A stretch of DNA of 64,000 nucleotides from Fonticula alba ATCC 38817 (taxonomy: Eukaryota > Protista > Nucleariida), in the NCBI GenBank assembly GCA_000388065.2, contig KB932204.1; one strand, 5' to 3'. The position numbers and the translations under genes are program-made. Below the pieces are notes generated by a model that was given only the letters and a program-made list of their open reading frames with translations, made no database searches and had not been told where the DNA came from. Below, piece by piece: positions 47,583 to 59,013 of the stretch; position 1 is the stretch's first letter; each line of letters starts with the position of its first letter.

Positions 47583-50500
47583 TTAGATCTCCGACGAGGG
47601 GATGTAGTAGTCGATGTGGGCATGGACGAAGAGCTTACTGGTGGGCAGTGCCTCATAGCGGTAATCGAAGAGGGAAATGTTGCGGTAGCCCGGGCGCATG
47701 CAGCGCAGGGGGATGGTGGCGGTGGCAACGAAGTCGTCATACTCCACGTCCTTGTCCATGATGGTGAAGTGCAGCAGGGCCACCGACGGGTCCGGGATGT
47801 CGAAGCAGAAGACCTCGCCCCACACCGGCGTCAGGCCGTTGTCGGAGCAGGTGCGCGTCCGCCGACGGTGGCGCGTGGCAAAGGCCGCCTGCTCGGACTG
47901 GGAGTCACGCTGGTCGCGGGTGGAAGAGCGCGAGGACATGGACCCGGCATTGTTCAGAGAGGAGTTGGAGGAGGCGTGCGAGTTGACCGACGCCGAGGAG
48001 GAGGACACCGTCGGGGGGACGGATGCCACCGAGGTGGAGGAGGCCGCCAGCGAGTCGCCCACCAGGCCGGCCGACGCGGCGGCCGAGGCCGAGCTGAAGG
48101 ACCCGGAGGTGGAGATGCCGGAGGAGACCGAGGTGGTGGACGCGTTGCAGGGGGCCACCAAGCCGCCGCTGGCGCCAGCCGAGCGAGCCATCTGCGCGGC
48201 CTCCAGCGCCAATTGCGACGCGGCCGGGAGCTTGTTGACCGCCGGCGGGGTGAAGCACCGCGACCGATCGGACAGGATCTCCATCACCACATACGGGTCA
48301 ATGACCTCGGTGGTATCCTCATGGCGAGGCTTGGGCAGGTGATAGCCGGACATGACCACCAGCGTCAGGCGCCAGTGCTTCTCCAGGCGAGAAGACTCGG
48401 CGGTCGGCTCCGGCGGGCTGGCCAGCAGGTGCCGCGGCTTCAGCAGGTACCCGGACCGACCGTTCTCCAGGAACCGGCCGTGGTTGATGCGCAGCGGCCG
48501 ATCAATGCGCTGATAGTTCATGGCCACCATCTGCACGCCGGCAGCCCAGTGCAGATGCGGCTCAATGTTGACGGTATCGAAGCGAACACCCAGCGGATAG
48601 ACACGAGCAATCTGTCGGCGAGTGAACTCGACTGTGTGCGTGTGTGCGTGTGTGTGCGAGAGAGAGAGAGAGAGGGGGGGGGGAGAGAGGGCGTGAGTGG
48701 CGAGAGAACGGAAGAGAGCGGCAAAAAACAGAGTCGAGGATGAAGTCCCGATGGGGGGAGACACACGCACCCAGCTTGGCATGGCTCCGACGGGCAAGGC
48801 GGCTGGCATGGCGCTCGCCGATGGTGCAGAAGTTGTCAGCATAGTGGTTCTTCTTGCTGTGCTCGAAGCCCTGGAACTGCGTCGGGCGGCAGTAGTTCAC
48901 CAGGGAAGACAGCTCCTTGGAGACCTGGCGCTTGGGCTGGCCGCTGGAGGAGCCACGACTGAAGCGCGACCGGCCACCGGAGGAGGAAGAGGTGGTGGAA
49001 GAGCGCGTGGTCATCGGGTCCTTCTCGTCGTCGGTATCATCATCGGTCTCGGCGGAGGAAGACAGATCATCGGCGGCATCACTGAAGAAGGCGCTCTCCG
49101 GCTCACCGGACTCGAAGATGCCCGCCGGCAGGGGGTGGGCCTTGATGATGATCTTGTGCATGAGCTCCTCCGGCGAGGGCAGCTTCTGGATCATACCGCC
49201 CGGGAACTGGGGAGTGGCAAGCTGAGCCCCGGAAGAGCGGGATACAAGTGAAGAGTGTCAGAAAGGGAAGGGGTACACCGGGAAGGAGGAGCTGTTCGGG
49301 GGGGACACCAGCAAAAAAGGCGGCACATAAAGCCCCCCCCCCCCCCCCGGGAGGAGGGGGTCTCCTTGCGGATGCATATGCGCACCATGCCGCTGAGCTC
49401 TTCCTGAATGATCTCGACCATGCGGAATTGCTGGGTCAGGCTGCAGTGATTGACCAGACTCAGGAAGATAGGGTAGGGCGAGGAGTCGAAGCCATCCTCA
49501 CGAATGGCACGCAGGACCTCGGCCAGGGGAACGCGGTTGCTGGACATGCGGCCATGGTGGATGACCGGGCTGTCACCCGGGCCATCGTGGCAGTCGAGCT
49601 CCAGCATCCGGCACCCGGAGCGCAGGGCATGAATGAGCGAAGCGATCGGGGTCCGGTGGCAAATGATGTCCGTCGAGTGGTGGTTGTTGTGGGCCGCCGC
49701 AATCCAGTAGTCCGTCAAGGGCCGGGTCATGTCGTGGTGGACCTTCTGGTTGACAATGTCATAGAAGGACGCCTGATGCTGGATGTAGGAAGCAAAGCGA
49801 TCCATGGGAATGCGATTGCCGATGGAGTGATCGACGTAGTACTCGCAAATGCGGTAGGCCTTTGTGCCAGGGGGGGGGCGCAGGGGAGAATCATGTAAGA
49901 GGGGGGGGGAGAGAGAGAGGGAGAGAGAAAAAGCAGGCAAAGAGGCAAGGCAGAGGAGGGCGTACATCCTCCTCGGTGTGTTGCTGCTCGACCAGAAGGA
50001 ACTTCATGAAGAGGTCGCGCGAGATGCCCGGGAGCTCCGGAGTGGAGACCGAGTCGGCCAGAGTGCTGGACATGGAAGTAGACTCGCTGAAGAGCAGGCG
50101 CCGGTAGACGGCCTCCACGTCACCACGGCTGCTGATCTCGCAATACAACTGGAAGAAGGAGGTGTAATCCAGGCGGCGGGAGCGGCGCGAAAAGAGCCGC
50201 GAAGGGGCGCTAGACTGCTCCTTCTCGGAAACCGGGGCCCCGGAGGAGTCCACCACACGGGAGTACTTCTCAAAGAGGGCGGCCACCGAGGCGCTCGGGA
50301 CCCGGAGGTTCAGGGTCACCAGCAGACGAGTCAACTCCTCCAGGGTCATACCACGATCGCCATCGCGGTCGGCCATGAGGAAGGCCGCACGGGCCTGGCG
50401 GTCGACGCTGACCGACTCGTCGCAACGCCAGCTCCCGGCGGGCATCTGCCCGGCCACCATGGACACATTGGCCGCGTCCACAAGGCGACGCAGGCCGCTG

Positions 50501-52492
50501 ACCCACTTGGCCCGCATGGCCACAGTCGGGGCCACGACGTCCACGGTGGACGTGCCATTGAGAGTGGCATAGACAATGGAGAAGGCGCGTCCCTGGTAGG
50601 AGTCACGGCGCCACTTGGGGAAGCTGCAGTCCCGGGATGGCGGNNNNNNNNNNNNNNNNNNNNNNNNGGGGGGGGGGGGGGGGGCATGAGAGGGCGGGTG
50701 AGCTGGAATGCGCGGCCCCGGGGCGGTTAGCCGTTCAGCCGGAGGGCCAATATGGCCGAATTCCAGGCGGATTCCCCGGTGGCAGAATCCCAGAGAAATT
50801 CCACGCCGCGCCCCCCCCCCCCCCCTCCGGCCCGCGTCGCCCCGGCTACGCCGCATGTGGCGGACGAGGGCCGGGGGCCAGCCGGAGTCGCGCGCGCGCG
50901 CCCGGGCGGAGCCTTCCCGGCCGCGGCCGGCCCCGATGGGTGTGTATTCTCCACACGTCCGAAAGGCTGGCCTGCGCGGTCCCCCTTTCGAAGTCGGGGG
51001 GGGGGGGGGGGAAGCGGGGGCGGGGGTAACCCAGACATGGGTGAGCCAGTGGCCTCCGGTTGGACCAAAGAATGTGCCCTCCTCATTTCCAGCGCTCCGG
51101 TCCGCCGGGCGTGGGCCCGAGGCAGGAACATTGGCGCCCAAGGGGGCGACGCCGGCGCGGCGGACGCCGGGACCCGGCGCAGACAGGGCGGCAATATACA
51201 TGCGCCCGCCGTCGACGCCGGTGGCTCGTACATGGCCGCGCCCGGGGGCGACGGCGCCGGCGGGCACTGTGCGGGCCGCGAGCGCCCCGGCGGCCCCGGG
51301 TTGCCGTTTCGTCAATTGGGGAATGCTCTGCCGGGCCCTGCGCCGGGGGGGGGGTCCTCGCCCGGTGTGCCTGTGCCCAGGGCCGAAGACCTGACGGGAC
51401 ATGCGTCCTGTGGGGCGACCTGCCCTGTCTGTCCTCATTTGGCGGCCCCCCCCCCCCCCCCCCCAAGGGCCGCCCCGGCGCGTAGCCCTGGCCCTTGGGT
51501 GCGGTGCGTTCGTGCAGCTGCTCCAGGGCGCGGCTCTTTGGCGGGCGCGCTGTCCGGCGGTCGGGCCATCCTTTCCCCCGGGCCCGTTGCCCGGGGTGCC
51601 TTGTTTGACCTTTTGCCCTCTTTCTCTGGCGAGGGGGAGCTCGGGGGGGGGGGATGACCAGTGGCGGGCGGTGTCGCCCGGCAGGCCAAGACGCCCCGGA
51701 CGGCCCAGCCCCCACCTGGGCCCTGGGGCGGTCCTTTGCCGGCTGATGCTCCGGCGCTCATGCCGAGAGGCCTGCCGGGTGGGGTGAGCTGGAAGTCGCC
51801 GGGGAAGTCGCCGGCGACGTCCCCCCTGGAGGCCGGCTCCGGCGGATGCCCCGACCCCGGGCTTCGCGGTTTCGGTGGGCGCGCTCCTGCCAGGCAGGGG
51901 CAGGAGACGGACCCGGAGACAGGTCGGCCTGGCTGGGGGGGGGGGGGGGCGGAGATGGGGCCCGAATGACGAAGGGGGAGATATAGGAGCACGCACTGGC
52001 CCAGGTACTGGCCCTCGTGGACACCGATGATCATCGGGATCTCGATGAGAGTCTGATGTGAACGTTTGTTCGGTGACGACCAAGCCACCGCATAGCAGGG
52101 AACACCGGCGGCATGGAGCGAGTGCTCCTGGCGAACAACCGAGAAGCCGCGCTCGTGTGGCCGGGAGGATTGGCTCAGCTGTGTGTGTGGGGGGGGGGGG
52201 CGGGAAAATGAGCGGAGGCGAGGGTAAGAGGCAGATCGCGTCAACAAAGAGGAAACCCCCGCCACACAGAACACGGCACAGGCTCCGCCCCACGCAGACG
52301 CACCTTGATGAAGATGACGGTCTTTGACAGCTCGGACACCACGGCCTCCACCGGGGTCGAGGGGGGGAAGGCGTGCTCGGCACCGGAGGCCTCACTGCCG
52401 GCCAGGCCAGCATGGCCGTTGGACGCGGCCGAGGCAGAGGGCGACATGGCCAGGGAGGAGGCACTAGAGGAGGCAGACCGCAGGGAGGCCAT
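47583..52492 (-). CDS. PLC1: Phosphoinositide-specific phospholipase C, delta/Plc1-like (PH, EF-hands, X, Y, C2)
   Basis: Exons 52492-52304, 52178-51997, 50623-49966, 49859-49386, 49206-48771 and 48631-47583. PH (AFSIVY...WVSGLRRLV), EF-hand (DRDGDRGMTLEE), X-box (DMTRPLTDYWIAAAHN, GCRMLELDCHDG, VIHHG), Y-box (ELSSLVNY, RVYPLGVRFD, MVAMNYQ, NGRSGYLLKP) and C2 (DPYV, NGLTPVW, GYRNISL). Confidence 0.93.
50644..50667. other. Assembly gap (24 N) inside PLC intron 2
   Basis: Run of N next to poly-G. Confidence 1.
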
Positions 52493-52596
52493 CGTGATCG
52501 GGGACAGGCAGCTGGGTGTGCGTGCGGGTGTGGGTGTTCTTGCCGGGGAACTTTCTTATGTCTCTCTCTCTCTCTTTCTCTCTCTCGCACTCAAAT

Positions 52597-52815
52597 GGCA
52601 GGGGGCGACTGCGGGGCTCGGCTGGGCGCGGCTGCGGGGAGGGAAAAAGACGGGAGCGGGGCAGGAGCAAGGGGGAAGGAGTAGGGGGAAGGGGCGAGAT
52701 CGGAAGAGCACACGTGGCAGGGGGCGACTGCGGGGCTCGGCTGGGCGCGGCTGCGGGGAGGGAAAAAGACGGGAGCGGGGCAGGAGCAAGGGGGAAGGAG
52801 TAGGGGGAAGGGGCG
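52597..52815 (+). repeat. Two identical 100-bp direct repeats (52597-52696 and 52716-52815) separated by an Illumina adapter fragment; probable assembly artefact
   Basis: The copies are identical by eye. The spacer 52697-52715 is AGATCGGAAGAGCACACGT, and an N gap begins at 52820. Confidence 0.9.
52697..52715 (+). other. Illumina TruSeq adapter read-through sequence
   Basis: Exact 19-nt match to the adapter start AGATCGGAAGAGCACACGT(CTGAACTCC...). Confidence 0.92.
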
Positions 52816-52819
52816 GGAG

Positions 52820-52847
52820 NNNNNNNNNNNNNNNNNNNNNNNNNNNN
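52820..52847. other. Assembly gap (28 N)
   Basis: Run of N. Confidence 1.
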
Positions 52848-53230
52848 GGGGGAGGGCTGTGGTGGTGGACATGGACCCACCAGATGGCGAGCGATGGCTC
52901 CCGTTGAATTGTGTGCCCCAGGAGGAGTCGCATGCGAGACTGCCCCAGGTCCAGCGCCAGAGCCCGCTGGACAGGCCTCTATCGGGGGCAGGAGGGGGGT
53001 GATGGGACAAACCCACCTGCCAGAGGGAGGGGCGAGCCAGGGCGGCTCCTGGAGGGGCTCGTGGCGCCGCCCGGGAGGCGGGGGCTCGTCCACCGTGTCG
53101 CGGTCTTGATGAGGGTTGGCCGGCGTGCCGGCTTGGCGCGGCGCAAGCACACGCCGAAGCATCGTCGGGGCGACTGAACTGGGCGCCGGGCGCCGGAGAA
53201 AAATGTGTCACAGAGCACAGGTGCTCGGTC

Positions 53231-53254
53231 CGCGCGCGCGCGCGCGCGCGCGCG
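53231..53254. repeat. (CG)12 tract
   Basis: Seen directly. Confidence 0.95.
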
Positions 53255-56200
53255 AGCAAGCGCGCGAGCGATCGTGCAATATTGGCGCGCGGTCCCGGAC
53301 GCCGGGATGAACTACTGGGGGCCAAGCGCGGGGGTTTGAGGGACCGGAGAATGGTTGGGGCCCCAGCTGGGTGTGGGCTGGCGCTCAGCGCGGCGTCCCC
53401 GTCAAGCCAGCAATCGAGCGAGGCCAAGGGGGCCGGCACTTTCGCGCGCCGAGCCGAAGGGGAAGACATAGTGGTTGCAAAGGGCGCCGGCAGGGGCGCC
53501 CAACCCTTGCTGGGGCTGGTTGGCCCTGCGCGATCTACCGTCGGGCCGGGTGCCGAGCGGCGGGCCCCACCGCCGGCCGAGCCCATGTAGTGTCTGGCCG
53601 CCGTCTTCCCGAAAAAAGGAGGCAGACCCCCCTCTCCCCCAAGCACGTAGAGTTTAAGGGGGGGGGGGGAGAGAGAGAGAGAGAGAGAGGGAGAAAGCGA
53701 GGGAGGGAGACACCCACGTCCCCGGCCACCATCCAGTGAGGGGGGGGAGGGGCGGGCGGGGGAGACAGGCGTCGGCCGGGAATGCCTCGGACGGCCAGGG
53801 CGGGGGGGGGGGGGGGGGGGTGTTTCCTCGTGCGTGGATATCGGGGGAGTGTGTGCACGCGGGAGGACGACCCCTGAGAGGAATGAGCCTGACCGGCGGG
53901 GGGGGGGGCCGAGAAGAAATGCTTGGCAAGTTGGGGCCCGGCCGGTCCGAGTGCTTCGGGCTGCGCGGAAGGCTGTGTCAAGGCGCGGGATCATCGCCAC
54001 CACCGGCTCCACTGGCGCATCCATCCGGGGGACCATGTCCGCACATCGGCGAGGGGGTGCCTGTGTGTGTGTGTGTGTGTCTGCCCTCCTGACTCCGCCC
54101 CGGAAAGACCCCTCCCCGGGCCCTCGGGGGATTCTCGGGGGGGGGGGGGGGGGGCGCGGACGGGAACAGCCAGAGGAGTTACCCCGGCTGGCTGGCAACC
54201 AGCGGAATGACAGCTCAAACCGGGAGGGTGGGAAAAAGGGAATTGGCTCGGCCAGGGGGAGGGGCTCCGAGAGAGCCATGCGGTGAGGACACCCCGCCCC
54301 GGAGAGGCGGGCCTGCGGGGGGGGGGGGGGGGGGGCCCCGAGGGGGCGCCACAGCCCTACGGGCCGGGGGGAAAATGGCCCATGTCTGCCTCCTCTCCCG
54401 GCCGCCCCGCCTCTCCGGCCGACTCCTCCAAGGGGCGGGGGGTCTTTTCCCAGAGCGAGGCGGCCCGCCGCGGGGCATGGCTGGTGGCGAACAAGCCCTG
54501 TCCCTCGGTCCCCCCCTCGCCTGTTCCCGCCCTCGTCCGAGCGCGGAGCGGTGTTCGCCTGGGCCATATCTCGCACACCATGTCCGGCGGCGCGGGATCG
54601 CGTTGTCTGCGGGCTCCGGTCGGGCCTTTCATATTGGCCGAGATCCGGCGGGTCGGCCCCGGTGGCCGCCCAGGCGGTGGTCGCCGGTCCGGCAGTCGGT
54701 GGTTCTTGCCATCCCCCCTCATGCCCCCCCCCCCCCCGCTCCCTCTCCCCTCCCTGCGCCCCGTCCGGGGACCGGCAGGAAGGGAACAGGGGTGGCGATG
54801 GCCGGCTGTGGTGCCGGAGGTCCAGGTACGGAGGAGTCTCGACCTCACTGGCCGGGCGCCAGCCAAACATCCGAGCGGCCGGGGAGCGTCGGCCGACGTA
54901 CCTACCCCTGCAAAGGGGCGGGGCTGCCGCCAGCAGCAGGATGACCGTGCGTCGGTGGAATATCGAGCGTGCGCTCTGGAGTATGATGGCCGGTCGCCCG
55001 GCCGAGCCCCTGACCGGTGCCAGGCTGTCGACACCTCCCTCCATCGAGGGCGCGGGATCGGGGGGCGGGCTAGGGTTGCGGCCTATGCAGGGGGAGAGGG
55101 GGGGCGAGCGGCGCGGATGGGCCGGTGTGGGGTCTTCCACTCCGGATGGCGCTGGCCTGGGGGCGCGCTCGACCTTACAGGGAAAGGGGTCGGTCGCCGG
55201 GCACAGGGGCACCCCTCCCGAGGGCGGTCGGCCCGAATTTTGCGCCCTCGCCACGCGCATTCCAAGGCCGACGAGAGCCGCCCGGCCGGACGCGAAGGGC
55301 CAAGCGGCGGGGCAGCACACGATGCATGGTCGAGGCCGGCAGGGGGAAGTGCCCGGATCACGTATCGGCCGGCCGCTCGACGGATACACATGTCTGGCGC
55401 TCCTGCAGGCGCGCCAGGCCGGCTGACACCAAGCAAGCGGGAAATAATAATTCCCCCCCGCGGCAATGATGACGGGCCAATATCCGACTCCAACCTGGAG
55501 GCGAGGCCGCGTGTATGCATGTAGGCCCCCGCGGCTGTCGCTATGGTGCCCCCCCTTTTCCCCGCCGCCCGGTGCTCTCTCTCTCTCTCTCTCTCTCTCC
55601 CCCTCTCTCGGCTCGAGCATGCCCCGACCTGTGGCGGCTGCGTTCGGGATGGTGACGAGGAGGGGGCCCGGCAACAGGTAAATCTTGGTCGGTGGTCTAG
55701 CAATATCATAGTTTCCATTTAAATGCGGCTTTTTCGGGCCACAAACAGGGAGTGCCCGCCTCATTCCGTCCCCCTCCCGCCCCGGTGGCCGAGCGCCAGG
55801 GCGCGCGCAGGCGACATCATGCACACACGAGGACGCACATCACAGGCACCCGGGGCCGTGGGTGACGCGGAACACACCCTTTCCCGGGGCCCTGGCAGTC
55901 GTATGTCGTTCAATGGTTCCCCCCTGGCCAGCAGGGCCCGCGTGTGTGCGTTACCGCGTGGGTGCCCGCGTGCATGCGGCATGCGAGAGGGAGCGTGTGC
56001 GTGCGTGCGTGCGTGCGTGTGAGTATATTATGTCCGCGCTCATGATGTGCCGAGCTAACTGCCTGTTCCGCGCCCCTCGCCCGCCCCCCCCCCCCGGGGG
56101 GGGGGGTGGCAGCGATATACAGGTGGGCGCCGAAGGAGCGAGCCCAATGTGGCGGCGCCATTGACGAGGCGGCGACACGGGCTTGGCTCTTCTTGGGATC

Positions 56201-58187
56201 GGACGAGGGGTCACGCCGCAAGAAACGCGTCAGACTCTTCTCCCCCGCCAGGGATGTCCCCTGCTCTTGGCCCCCCCCCCCCCCCCCCCCCCGCGGCCAC
56301 CCCCACGCATCCGAACGTGCTGTCTCCCATGGCCCGGGGACAATGTGTCGTCCCCCTCGGAGGAAGCCCGACCGGGGGTGGCCAGAGGCCGGGGAGAAGA
56401 TACAGAGGCCCCCAAATTCGGCGGCGTGCCTGCCGGACTCACCCGGCGGGCGCCGGGGCTGCCTTTTGAGGGCGCCCAGCGGGGGCGCGCACGCCTCTGT
56501 TGCTTGGTGCCGGTGGTCCTCAGGGGACATTGCGCTTCCCTTGTGCCCGGAGAGGGAGACCCGGCCTTGGATCGGCACAGGGACTCGCGGGGCGGCCAGG
56601 CCCCGAGGGCTTGAAGGGCCCGCCTCCCGCCCCCAAGCATGGGATGTTGTGGAAGGGGCGGCGGATCCCCACCGGGCGGGAAGCGGCGCATGGCACTGGT
56701 GAGCCCGCGGGTGCGGCCAGTTCCTCGGGAGGAATTCACGGCCCCCGGGTGCAGTGCGCTTGACCCCCTTTCCCCGGCTGGGGCTGGGAGCACTCAGCCA
56801 CATCGCCGGCGCGCTTCGCCCACCGTGAAGGTCCATAATATTTGGACCCCTTAAATGATGGTTTTGACACCGAGGGGGCTGGCCCGCGGCGTGCTGGCCT
56901 GGGTCGGCTGATCCTCCGACATATCACACCGGCCGCCACGAATCAGGCGGTCACATCCAAGAGCCCGGATCACGGAACACCACATGTCCGAGATAGTGGA
57001 CCAATCTTGATGCCAAAGATCGGCCCTCCCGCCTGCGCCGCACACCGACGAGGATACGCGGGCTAATGGGGGGGCTATTGCGGCCGGGGGAACCCTGCTT
57101 CTGTGCCCTGATCTTGAGGGGAGTCCTGCTTTTTCAGCTGTTTGTGCCTCCCTGTGTTCGCTCCTCCAGTGCGGGGGGGGGGCGAGACTGACGCCCGCCT
57201 ATCGGGCGTTGGTTGGCCGCTAGCGACCCCACGGCCGCCGGCTTCGGCGTGCCCTCTTTGTCCGATCCCCCGCTGAGGGGCGGGGGCGGGGGCAGGGTGG
57301 CGGGAGTGAGGGAGGCCCCTCATGCCCGGCAATGTCGGGGTTTCACCAGTATAATCATCGAGATACTCATTGGAACGCGCCGATGAGGGCACTTTTGAGA
57401 AGGGCCTGTGTGTGGGCGTGGTTCGGCCACCCGACCAGGGGTCGAGGTCTCTCCGGGCTTCCTCCGGCATCTTCTCCCCTTCCCCTCTGGGCGGTTTGCT
57501 GGATGTGTGTGGATGTATGTGGTCCGGCCTTCCGGCTTCTCAGACATGGAGCCCCGGGGCTTGAAGACACACCGTCCGACGAGGGGCAGTCGCGGCGGCG
57601 GAGGGGTGCACGTCGATCTCCTCGAGACAAGATCTCCTCCGCTTCGCAGCATCGTCAGAGCCGCCCCCCCGGGGGGTGGCCCCCCCCCCCCCCCCCCCCC
57701 CACCCAGGCCGGGACCCGGGCAGGGACAGTGCAAGCGAGCAGCCGCAGATGCCCGCGTGCCGCGACGTACGCGCCCCTGGCGCTAATTCGTCGGTTGCCG
57801 GGCGCGTGAATGTCGACTGGCATCATCCACACATGCCTTTTCTCGCTTTCCCGCTCCCGGCATTTGCTCGCCCTCGCTTCGGCCCCCTCCTACAACAACA
57901 CCCCCCCCCCACACCCCCACGCACACAGAAGACCCGGCCCCATCCCCCCTCGACGCGCAGCCTCCTGACAACCGAAGCCACCTTGGCGACTCCCCCCCCC
58001 CTCCCTTCTGTCCCCCTCTCCTTTTGCCCCTCGCTCGCCTCCTCCGCCCAATCATAGCTCGCTCCTTCTCCCTCGGCCCGCCCCCGCCCCCCTCCCCTCC
58101 CCCCCTTCGGTTGCCGGGTCTGTCGCCTGAGGAGGAATATCCCACTCCTCGCCTCTCTCTCTCTCCCCCCCCCTCCCAGACTGCACC

Positions 58188-58981
58188 ATGTCCCTCTCCG
58201 ACACCGGCATTGAGCTGAGCAACTTCAGCAGCCCCTCAGTGCAGTCGGACATCCCCTCCTCAATGGCCTCCTCGGTGGAGGCCTTCTCAACGGTCCCCAG
58301 CGAACCGGGGCTCAGCATGCCAAAGAAGTACGGCTCGCCCCTATCCGGCCACATGAGCAAGGCATCCCTCGGAGCCGACCTGGAGCCCGACCTGGATCCC
58401 ACCACGGACCCGGCCGATGATGCACGCCTCGCGGCGCAGGATTACCAGCAGCAGCATGCGACCGCCGGGTCCGGTAGCCGGGGTCGCACCCTCTTGCACC
58501 AAAGCGTGGCCACCATCCGGTTCTACTTCACCCAGACCGCTCGTCATGTTACGCGCAATCCCGGATCCGCTTTCCTGGCTTTGCTGGCCGTGACCATCGC
58601 CGTGCTGGCGGTGGGTGTGGCCCTGACCGCGCTCGAGGTGGCCCCAGTCCTGTTCCTGGGCATGGCCGAGTCCAAGGCCGCCGAGATTGACCTGCTCTTG
58701 ACCCCGGCCCAGCTGGGCGGTGACATCGACTTCCTGGCCTTGAACTTCACTCTCCTGGACCAGGAGCTGGCACGGGACAACTTGGCCGACGCACCGGCCC
58801 ACGGTGCCGAGGCCGCGGTGTCCGTCTCGCCCGATGGCCTGGAGCAACTGGCCTCCGGGCAATTCTCCGGCGCCTGGCAATGGCGTGCGCGCACCGGGCG
58901 CAAGAACATCCGCGTCAATATCAACTCCCTGGGCACTTGCCTTGTGCAGTCAGATGTCAGCGCCATCGGTGGTGCTGGTGG

Positions 58982-59013
<32 letters not shown>

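Noticed and set aside
52597-52815. Direct repeats considered as an LTR, transposon or CRISPR-like unit
   Set aside because: The spacer is an Illumina adapter and the repeat equals a read length, so this is an artefact rather than a mobile element.
52591-55824. 1,077-aa minus-strand ORF, and similar long Pro/Arg/Gly-rich ORFs at 49891-52590 and 28436-29977
   Set aside because: They run through N gaps, microsatellites and the adapter artefact, have no recognisable domain apart from true PLC exons, and are expected in GC-rich DNA where stops are rare.
57005-57025. Peptide LMPKIG encoded here and upstream of METTL9 (~42850, minus), considered as a conserved uORF
   Set aside because: A six-residue match with no flanking similarity is likely coincidental among hundreds of ORFs.
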